Shown here: in pieces, positions 53,781 through 64,000 of the stretch
Numbering within the stretch: position 1 is the first letter of the stretch
Layout: the number at the start of each line of letters is the position of its first letter
Source: Octopus vulgaris
Taxonomy: Eukaryota
NCBI GenBank assembly: GCA_951406725.2
Contig: OX597819.1
Span: 80,228,001 to 80,292,000, forward strand
Reading direction: 5' to 3'
Length of the DNA: 64,000 nucleotides
Made by a program: the position numbers and the translations under genes
The notes under the pieces: generated by a model
The model's database searches: none
Seen by the model: the letters and a program-made list of their open reading frames with translations, nothing else
Told to the model about the DNA's origin: nothing

Positions 53781-55207
53781 TCATATGCACATATGCATGT
53801 ATGTATGTATGTATGTATGTATGTATGTATGTATGTATGTACGTATGTATGCATGTATGTATGTATGTATGTATGTAATAATATAGATAATATATAAATA
53901 TATGCATATATACATACATATATGTACATACCTAAATATATATGTATATATACATGCATATATGGGTACATGACATAAAAAAAAAAATCGTTGAACACAA
54001 TGAGAAACGAAAAAATAAAAACAAAAACATAGAAACGAACTTTTTTTCACACAACGAAAAAATCAGAGTACAAAACATACAACACAAGGAATATCCCCCT
54101 TCTTCTGTTGTCCCTGCTTCACCTACCCGTGTGTACGTATGTGTGTGTTTGTGTGTGTTATATTACACGTTTTCTTACAGGTTGTATGTTCGTTTCGAAG
54201 CTCCTTCGACAATTCAAATAATAAAAGTTGCTTTTTTTTTCCTCATATATTCTACTGAGATTATCGCTTAAATACATACACCTCATATAACCTTCCTTTT
54301 TTTCTTTTTCCATACACAAATATAATGTTCTGCATCATTTGAAAAGATATTTCGTTGCTATTTCTTACAGGCTGTGTGATCGTGTACTGGTTCCTTCGAC
54401 AGTTTATATACCAAGGGGTTTTTTTTAAAACATTCTTACAGAGATTATCAATTAAATACAAGGCGACATGAGAGTGTACACTTGAGAGATGATAGCTTTC
54501 AAGAATATTACTTGGTTTATGGATTTTGACAGATGACTTGATATAATCTAACAAATTTTCATCCATCGCTTTGGTCAGTTTAAAAAATATTTTACTTTAT
54601 TGTTAGGATTTTTATTTTTATTTTATTTTATTTATTTACTTTTCGTTCTTGACTATGTCGATCAGTCTGCTGGTTTTTATATATATCCATAATTCCGTAG
54701 CCATGTCACACAGGATTTCATTAGTTTCTCTTTTTATTCTTCGTTATTTCAACTGACGAAAGATGTTGATTTTATCACAGGGTTTTTTGGAGATTTTTTT
54801 ATTTTTATTTATTATTATTTTTTTTTTTCCATTTTTCGTTCATTTCAATTATGATGGTATCTGTTGATGCAAAATATTTATTAACAAGAACTAACAGTAA
54901 AAGTGCGGCGTATGAAACATAGTGGTGTTTCTATTCTGTGTTCGATACTATTCAAGGAGGAGAGTTCGTTTTGAGGCATATTTTAAGACGTCATATATAA
55001 TTAATTAGAGCTTTATCTGTCAATTATCTAACAAATAAATATAAAATTTTACTTTCGATATTTTTACAGTTTTTCAACGTATAGATTACAGCAGACAGTT
55101 CTGGCTTTTAGCGAAGAAAACAATTTTTTTCATTAAGGACTTTTCATTTAGGATTTTTTTCGTCAGGATGGCAGGCTAGAAATTTAGGTATGAAAAAAAC
55201 AAATTTA

Positions 55208-55256
<49 letters not shown>

Positions 55257-55257
55257 T

Positions 55258-55420
55258 CTCTGTCCCACTAAGCAACTTCCTTAGCGGTATTTTATCCGTC
55301 TTTACGTTCGGAGTTCAAATTCCACCGCCATCGACTTTACCTTTCACCCGTTCGAGATCAATAAAATAAGTACCTGTTGAGCATTGAGAATGGTGTAATC
55401 GACTTGCACTTTTCCTCATG
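55258..55420 (+). mobile_element. SINE family M fragment
   Basis: The sequence cttagcggtatttt...ttacgttcggagttcaaattccacc...tcgactttacctttca...aataaaataagtacc matches family M. Confidence 0.75.
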
Positions 55421-55935
55421 GTTCACCAGGGTTGTCCCCTCGCCTCACTGTTATATGTGCTGGCTCACCTGCTACTACTGCTCAAGATCTGCAGACGTTG
55501 AGGAGCATCCCGCGTGTGGGGCATACGTGTCGACATATGCCGACGACGTCACCGTTGTGGTGTCGGAAACCAAACACACGGAGACAATCGGTATGGCTTT
55601 CAAGCAGTACGATCGGTATCAGGAGAGAAAATTAACCAGGAAAATTAGTGGGCTTGTGTTGAGGTTCCTGGAAAGCTAGTCTATGTCATCCAACTGCGTT
55701 GTTTGTCGCTGGACGGAAAGACTGGTTAAATCGCTCGGGTTCTGTTTAGGTCCAGAACTCCAGATAGACAAAACTGGTACGAGGTAGCAAGCAAGGTAAC
55801 AACTGTTACCCAGGAATCGGCCGAGAGGAAGCTATCCCTGAAAGATTGGTCAGATATTGTGAACGCGTACATAGCGTGTGTTATCTACTACCGTCTGAAT
55901 GTTGTGCTTTATTCCGACTCCTGTCTGATGCACTG
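55421..55935 (+). mobile_element. Tx1/L1-clade reverse transcriptase fragment
   Basis: It contains VHQGCPL, STYADDVTVVVS, WTE...KSLG and ERKLSLKD...VNAYIACVIYYRL, and is frameshifted. Confidence 0.8.
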
Positions 55936-56454
55936 GTGTGATTGAAGTATCTGAAGACAAATACTTTCCTCAACAACTCAACAACTTACACTTGAAGAGG
56001 AAAATTAGGATGAAGAAGGAAGTGTTGCCTTCCAGAAATCTTGTTAAAAGGTAGATGATTGTGGCGAGCATGGTGCAACAGAGCAGGCCTGTCCTGAGCA
56101 TACTCGTGTAAATTGGATATATAGACCTGATGTCTGGAAATTTGTGGTTTTATAGGGTTTTCCCCTGAGTAACCGTTGGAAATCTCTCCCTACTGAGAAA
56201 TACCTCTTGTTAAAATTTTATTATTACCTTCCTTTTTCCTGAAACCTGTTGACGCGCAAAACTCTGACACCGACACACACGCGCACACATACACACGCAC
56301 CCAATGTTCCGTCCTATGCCGCCCTTCATGTAAACTTTTTGTGGTAAATAAAGGAATCATCATCGCCGTCATCCTCATCAACGTCATTATTATTATTGTT
56401 TTTGTTGTTATCGTTGTTGTTAGTATTATTATTGTTGCTGTTGTTGTTGTTATT

Positions 56455-57360
56455 TTTTCTCTTTATCACAGGCTTTGTTGGCGCACATGGAGTTTTGCAT
56501 CCGTAGCGGGCATACTACCTGCGGCCTACGTTACCATGCTATCCGTTCTTTTCAGTTATCTAATACATTCCTGATTATTCTGACCGTGCCAAGGAGGCAG
56601 ACCTTTTGTAACAGTTCTACTGGGCACTCTATTCCAATCTCCTTTATATTCCTCTTGATGCCTTCTCATACTGTTCCCAAGGACCCAACAATAATTGGCA
56701 CCTACCTTCACATTCTTCATTTTCCATATCCTGACTATTTTGTACTTAAGTGGGTTGTATATATCTATCTTTTCGCGTTCCTTCTTGACTATTCGTTGGT
56801 CAAATGGGGCATTCAACATCAACTATATAGCATACGTGGTGCACCTCGTCCACCACCACCACTAGGTCCGGTCTGTTATGCTCTAACACAACAAATTCGT
56901 CTCCGCCAGCATGATTCTTTACTTTCTGTTTGTTCTTTTCTTTTGTACTCAACTCTATCTGCAGCAGCCATAGCTGCAGCCCAAATAATCTCGTTAGTTT
57001 CAGTTATATTTCCCGTCTGGAACAGCCCAAGAAGTGAATCTATCTTTTCAGATTTACCTTGGGGCTTGCGTCGATCAACGTGGTGCTTAGTGGGTGCTTG
57101 ATCCTGGTCGTCTCTAATATATTGGGACAGCACCCTCACTGTGTCTTGTTGGTCATCATCGCATTCTTGTGATATAGCTCTTCCTTTTATTTCTGCTTCA
57201 TTTGCTGAGAATGTATTTACATTTTGCTCTACGTCTTCACTGCCGCCTTTCATTTTTCTGTTCTCACTGAGCACGTTATCTATTCTATCTTCTATTTCCC
57301 TTTTTATCTCTCCTATTTCCATGTCTGTTAACCACCCTTTTGCTCTTATTGCTCTTGCCT
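56455..57360 (-). mobile_element. R4/Dong-type LINE with the central RT region deleted
   Basis: On the minus strand an N-terminal-type segment (...NITETNEIIWAAA...SCWRRRI) is joined to an RLE C-terminus (PFDQRIVKKEREKIDIYNPLKYKIVRIW...PIIVGSLG...LQKVCLLGTVRIIRNVLDN*). A (CAA/TAA)n tail lies at about 56385-56452. Confidence 0.78.
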
Positions 57361-58246
57361 AGAGGCCGTCTGACAAATTCTTGCTTATTAGAGAAATAAT
57401 CCACGTTACACGACAAAAACTATGAAGTTTGAGGATAATAGTCTGGTGCTTTGGGGATACACAAAAAGTTATGGTTCAAGAAAGCTGGTTAAAATTGACG
57501 GTAACCTGAATAGTGCCAAATACATCCAGTTACTGAAGGACTATTTCATACCAGACTTAGTTGAAGGAGAAATTTTTCAGCATGACGGAGCTCCTTACCA
57601 CAGATCGCGTGCAACACAACGGAGTCTGGCTGTTTAAGGTTTTATCGTATTAAAAGATTGGCCAGCTCAGAGCCCTGACTTAAATATCATCGAAACTGCT
57701 ACTACAAGGAGGCGCAATGGCCCAGTGGTTAAGGCAGCGGACTCGCGGTCGGAGGATCGCAGTTTCGATTCCCAGACCGGGCGTTGTGTGTGTTTATCGA
57801 GCGAAAACACCTAAAGCTCCACGAGGCTCCGGCAGGGGGTGGTGGCGACACCTGTTGTACTCTTTCACCCCAACTTTCTATCCTTCTTTCTTCCTGTTTC
57901 TTGTCCTCGACTTCCTACGCAACCGCTGAGCCTGGATGCACATTCATCCATCCGTCGATGCTCTCGGTGTCGGGGGTTGACCTGCTTTCTCTTCTGCGGG
58001 TCTTACGAATAGCAAAGGACCACGTTTCGGACTTCTCCCATCTTGCGAGCTCTGGGACGAAGACCATTCGCTCAACAGGAACATCATCACTGCTACTACA
58101 AAATATAATGATTAGGTATGGAAATGACTCCAAGCAAGTCAATGTTTCATCCGTAAAAAACGCAATGCGAAACATCCACTAATAAGTTGTCAATTAGTAG
58201 AAATTTACAATAGTTTAAAGTGACCGAAGACTTTTGCGCGGTGCAG
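57361..58246 (+). mobile_element. Tc1-like transposon 3' remnant, interrupted by a SINE
   Basis: It reads NPRYTTKTMKFEDNSLVLWG...GNLNSAKYIQLL...FQHDGAPYH...DWPAQSPDLNIIE. The right end gtgaccgaagacttttgcgcggtgcag|TA is TIR-like. Confidence 0.85.
57708..58088 (+). mobile_element. Full-length tRNA-derived SINE (family C) with a perfect 13-bp TSD
   Basis: It has the A box tggcccagtgg and the B-box-like gtttcgattccc. The TSD actgctactacaa is at 57695-57707 and 58089-58101. Confidence 0.93.
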
Positions 58247-59454
58247 TACTTTCGTCCCCTTTTGCACAGAGTCTACATTTGTCCTCTGAGTTGAATCAAT
58301 TTTTGTCTTGCTATAATGGTGTTTTCGTAAGCAGTCATGATCAGTGATTAAGCTTCTCATTCCAGGTTACTATCAGTTAGATGCAATCAGTGTTCTTTAC
58401 TTCCGGTACTCTCAGATGGTTGTATTAATTGATCACATTATTCCTTCTCGATGTGAAGTGCCGAGACTGCTTGTGGATAATGTCTATGCTCTGAAGGAAA
58501 TGGAAACGAGAGGCGTGGCATAATTTGCTTAGGAATGAATTAATTTTCTTGGATATGGTGGTAAGTAGATCGCTAAAATACCGGAAGAAAAATTTTTTAC
58601 GGCATAAGCAGAGTCTAAGAGTCTACTATAGTTAACGGAAAGTGGGTCAAAAGGTTCCTTGGTTTCTCACTCAGCAATGATACGATCTGATACTCCTGAC
58701 TCATGAGATTTAGTGTCAGGTGATGCTAATAGGTAAGTTGTTTCGCTAGGAGATATATGCCAAACACTGTCATATCCCTTGTTGTCAAGTGACACGATGT
58801 GATTTTCCCGGAATTTCTCAAGAGTGAATGACCTAGAAGAGAAGGCACTCGATTGATTTTTCCCGACTGAAGCTGTGCTAATATCGGTGAAACATTGATA
58901 CTTGATTTAATCGAGTACAATAATTCCTTAAGATTTGTACTTTGTACCTATTTTAGACATCCTTGCTACTAATTGTTAACACCAGTAATAAATAATAAAG
59001 GCTACAGATTAATTAACTAATTAATGTACAACGTAGAATATCCATATTATTGGACACTGGAAAGCTTTTCATGTAGGCATACCGACAATTCTTAAACAAT
59101 AAACCTTTCACAATGATGTAAACACAAATACTATGTCGACCAACCAAGAATATAACAGAACGATAACAGTATCACAGTCAGTCACAATAACAAAAACGGC
59201 CGTAATGGAAGTAATATCAAGGCGAAAATCACAACACAAATAACTGTGAACAGCTAACAGGAACATAGAGATATCAACATAAGGTGTCACGAATATTACG
59301 AACATGATGATATGCTTGGCATCAAAAGAGCAAAAGAGCATAAACAGCATTCCAAAAGTGCCCTACGCCCTCAGCGTATTCTGCTACCCTCTTAGTTTGT
59401 CGCATCTTTTATTCTCTTATCTTTCACACTCTGCTATACATGCCATATTAATCT

Positions 59455-60110
59455 AGCGCTCTTTTTGTCTTACTTTCTTTCTTACTTTCTTCTTTCTTTG
59501 TTTGTTTCTCTGTCTCTCTCTTTCTTTCTTGCTTTCTTTCTTTCTGTCTCACTCACTCCCACTCTCTCACTCTGTCCGTCCCTGTCTGTCTGTCTGTTTC
59601 TCTCTCTTTCTCTCTCTCTCTCTCCGTCACTTTCATGCACACTAAATTGATCTCGCTTTCTCTCGCTTTTCTCTCGTTCACACACACACAGAGTCTCTCC
59701 CTTATATACATCATAATTTTAATGAAACTCTGACATCTACCTCTCTTCAAATTCCTCCCCCTTTCTCTCTCTCCCCTTCTTCACCTTCTTTCCCTTCACA
59801 TTACAGTTCAAAAAGTTTTTTCTTAATTCTATCTTCCTCCACTTCTCTTTCCACTCTCTCTCTATATATATTTATCTCTCGTTTATTCTCCTATTCTTTC
59901 TCAACCCACTCTTCCACTTCTGTCCTTTCTCTCTTAATCTTTTCCATCTTTCTCTCTCACACACATTTCTCCGTTTCCCTCTCTTTCACATGTTTCAGTC
60001 CTGATTCCTGTTTCCCACTGCGTTTTAATCATTTATTTTTTTTAACCCTTGTCTTCACAATCCTACCTTCTTCCGGCGTCGATCCTCACACTCTACATTT
60101 AAACTCCCCA

Positions 60111-60169
<59 letters not shown>

Positions 60170-60660
60170 ATCTCTCTTGCCTTTGTTGTTATTTCTTAAC
60201 TATCCATTCTACACTTTTCCCTAGATTTCTCTCTTCCCCTCAACACTATATCTCTCTCTCTTCTCAATAACAACGACAATATCATTATTTCAGACTATCC
60301 TTCTCTCTATTTCGTTTCTTATACTCCCTAGTTTCATTTTATACTCTATTCATCACCCTTTCTCTTCACCATTTCTCTCTAATACTCTGTCTATCGTTCA
60401 GTTTTCCATTTTCCCTCTCTCAGTACTTCCCAACCTCTCTACATCGCCACCTGTCTATCAAATTCATTTTATTCTCTTATTATGCTCATCTCGGTTACCC
60501 TCCGTATTCGGTCTCCTCTTTATTGATTTAAATACGTCTCTATTTCTCTTCTTTTCTACTTTACATTCAATCATTATCTCTCACGATAGCCCTCATTCTC
60601 TCTCTCTATCTCTCTCTCTCTCTCTCTCTACCCCTCCCGTTATCATCCCTCTAAGCTTTC
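59455..60660. repeat. Long pyrimidine-rich (CT) low-complexity tract
   Basis: The plus strand has a strong C/T bias with (ct)n runs, for example 60115-60166. Confidence 0.85.
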
Positions 60661-60939
60661 TGATGCTGTGAAAAAGAGGGAAAGTCAACCGGAAAGCTAA
60701 TCTAAGACTGACATCTAATGAAATCACAGCAGCGCCACCTGTATGAATAAAACATAAATCATACAGACGATCGCTTACTTACATCTGCTGACGCCAGATG
60801 TCGCCAGTATGATGTGTTAGCAAGCTTAAAGAGGACGTGACACGTCACTGAATGCCGTTCTTTGCTTAGATCACCCCCTCCCCAATACCAACATTTTCTT
60901 CCTCCTTAGTTTCTTCTTTTGTTTATATGCATATATATC

Positions 60940-60980
<41 letters not shown>

Positions 60981-61035
60981 ATGTATATGTGTGCGTGTGT
61001 GTATGAATGTGTATGTATATGTATATGTATATATA

Positions 61036-61083
<48 letters not shown>

Positions 61084-61102
61084 CATACATATACATACAT
61101 GC

Positions 61103-61161
<59 letters not shown>

Positions 61162-61382
61162 CGTAGTTCTAAACGTACATGTATACATAAATATACATAT
61201 ATGCATACATGTATGTACATAAGTATATGTGTGTGTGTTTGTGCATGTATATACGTATGTGTGTGTGCGTTTGTGTGTGTGTATGAGCAGATAGATAGAA
61301 GACGGACAAACAGACAGACAGATAGATAGAAATATAGATAGATAGATAGAAAGATAGAAAGATAGATAGACAGACAGACAGC

Positions 61383-61471
<89 letters not shown>

Positions 61472-62324
61472 TAAAGTCTCTTTCTCAGTCATTATACAAT
61501 CCTACTTGAAAGTGTTAATGTCTATATTTTTAAATCTCTAGCATTTTATCAATCTATTTACAGATGCATATATGTATGTGTGTGTTGTATGCGTCTGTGT
61601 GTGTATGAGAGGGAGAGAGAGAGTGTGTGTGTAAGAGAGAGATAGTGTGTCATCCTACCTACCTACCTACCTACCTACCTACCTACTTACCTATCTATCT
61701 ATCTGTCCGTCTGACTGTCTGTCTTATTCTTTTATTTAGTTGTTTGCATGTTGTGTATGTTTGTTTATGAATGTTTGAAATACAAACAACTAGCTCCAGT
61801 CACACATACAAGGAGAGTAAATCGTTTCGTGGCTTTTAAAAAAGATTCATAGTCCTTTAAAAAAGATTCATAGTCCATTTCTAGTTATATTTACGAAACT
61901 TTGTGACGGTTTAAGTAAGTCTACGTTCCAATCAAGTCTACCACCGAAATTAATTCTATCACCAAGTTAAGTCCACCACTCAAGATCGCTACAGGTTCCA
62001 TTCAACAAAATGAAAACTCTGATACGTATAATATTAATTGTATTGCATTTATTTGAATTGTTATTTAATTCTATTACATAGATTAGATATTATGATATTG
62101 CTCATAATATCTACAATCTACAGTACACAGACGCATACGCATGCCTGTTCTCACCCTCTTACATTCGTTTATGAGACCGAGAATGATGTTAAAGACAGAA
62201 GCTCATGCTACGTTGATGGACTGAACTGGGAATCACCTAGTTAATAGCGGATTTTTCAATACACACGCACACGAGCGCCAACCAAACAGATGTATCCATA
62301 CGCATACACACACACACACGCATA

Positions 62325-62538
62325 CGAAGGGTTGCTTAAAAATTCCAGACTTTAAGGTTATTGCGAAATACTTGGCTAGGGCCCAACCTTCCGAGTCCTT
62401 TTACGGAACTTAGAAAAACTGAAGGACCGCTGAAATAAGTGCGTGAACCTGAGAGGAGAATATGTTGAATAAAATCATAATTAACTGATCCTCCTTTATT
62501 TTCTTTTACCCAAAGCCAATAACGTTTAGCACTCCTCG
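62325..62538 (+). mobile_element. Mariner-derived MITE retaining the transposase C-terminus
   Basis: TA|cgaagggttgcttaaaaattccagacttt ... aaagccaataacgtttagcactcctcg are degenerate TIRs. The internal LEKLKDR*NKCVNLRGEYVE* is a typical mariner end. Confidence 0.78.
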
Positions 62539-63019
62539 AATGTCTATATATGAATAATAGGAAATGCATGCATTGAGTAACATGTTTTATTACATAATAC
62601 TACAATTGTTTCACCGCCGATTCACCAGTAGAAACATTGCTGAAACATTATGGTAAATATAAACTAAAACATTTTAAATAAGAACCTGTCATGAACTGGA
62701 GTGGATGTAATCGACTTTCCCCTGCCCCAAAATATGCAACACTGGTGAATTGCCCTGTTTTCAGGCGACACCTAAAGAGACGAATATCACAGAATTCCAG
62801 ATGTATATCCAATTATTTGATTGACCTCATAGCATTTGTTAACCGATGCCTGTAGACGAGCTTTGTAAAGCAAGCTACGTATATACCCAAATTGAATATA
62901 TATACAACCATTCTGTATTATTTTCCATTACGTTTTTCTTGGATTAAGGTGAAGAGCTAGGAATACAAAGGACAGAGCGAAGAAACATCTCTCTCTCTCT
63001 CTCTCTCTCTCACTCTCTC

Positions 63020-63109
<90 letters not shown>

Positions 63110-63111
63110 TG

Positions 63112-63189
<78 letters not shown>

Positions 63190-63834
63190 AATATATATAA
63201 ATATATATATATATATATAGGAATCTTAACGGACGGGAGATTTAGGCCAAAGACACGATACATGGTATATTTGCAGCTGATTTTCTCGTCAAAAATACCA
63301 TAGTAGTTTCGCTCTATTTACCATTCCATTTGGGAGGCGCCAGAGCTATACAATTCTAGGAAAATGGCATGCGAATGTATACAAGAACAGAAACAAATAA
63401 GACATTATATAAATACAACAAATAAAGAATTATGCATATATAACAGAACGAAGCCTTGCAGCTATACAACAAAGGAAAAGAATAATTATACTTATACTAA
63501 AAATACAACAGAAAGAGCTTTTCAACTATCGAACGAACTTAGTTGGGTGGCGCAAAGATGAAATGGAGACAGTCCTAGGGGACATAGAATGGGCCCAGAC
63601 CAGCATAACCAGTCTGATCAGGAGCAGACTGAAAAAGAACAACACCGCCTTGGCCGGACACCACTCACGTGGTAGGTGAGAGGAAATGTTGTAGAGAGCA
63701 GAGGAACTAAGGAAGGAGAGAGGGAAAGAAATGGAGACAGAAAGAGAGAACAAAAGAGCAGAGGGACCGGAGAATAAAAAAGAGAGAAAGAGAGAGAGGG
63801 AGAGAGAGAGTAAAGGTATAAGTGAGGTAAGCAA

Positions 63835-63930
63835 GACGGAAAGAGGTAGAGTAAGAGTGTAGATGGAAAGAGATAGAGTAAGAGTGTAGATGGAAAGAGA
63901 TAGAGTAAGAGTAGAGATGGAAAGAGAGTA
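63835..63930. repeat. 27-bp minisatellite, ~3.5 copies
   Basis: The unit gatggaaagagatagagtaagagtgta is repeated in tandem. Confidence 0.9.
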
Positions 63931-64000
63931 AAACTCGCAGAATAAATATTCAAAGAATATTTTTTACAATAAAGTAACAAACACGGATATATCAAGGGTT

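Noticed and set aside
56475-57101. 208-aa plus-strand ORF
   Set aside because: It is the antisense shadow of the minus-strand R4-type LINE fragment.
61836-61877. 21-bp tandem duplication tttaaaaaagattcatagtcc
   Set aside because: It is an ordinary local slippage duplication with no further structure.

Overview
This is AT-rich eukaryotic non-coding DNA, intronic or intergenic. The extreme (TA)n/(CA)n/(TACA)n/(TAGA)n/(TAA)n density and the tRNA-derived SINE families suggest an octopus or other coleoid cephalopod, which is an inference. I found no intact host protein-coding exon, rRNA, true tRNA gene or CRISPR array, and most ORFs in the track are microsatellite artefacts. Recognisable content is a transposon graveyard. 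It includes a 5'-truncated HERO/NeSL-type RLE LINE with a long 3'-UTR hairpin, five R4/Dong-type RLE LINE pieces sitting in (TAA)n or (TACA)n tracts, and Tx1/L1, CR1-like and Penelope fragments. It also holds a TIR-bounded DD37D (maT) element, a second maT remnant, a Tc1 remnant with D35E spacing, mariner MITEs, three non-autonomous Helitrons with shared ends and many modular SINEs. The most notable structure is a set of fold-back palindromes embedded in (TA)n tracts. One of them (32863-33018) carries a minimal hammerhead-ribozyme-like fold on both strands and has a diverged relative at 43.3 kb.
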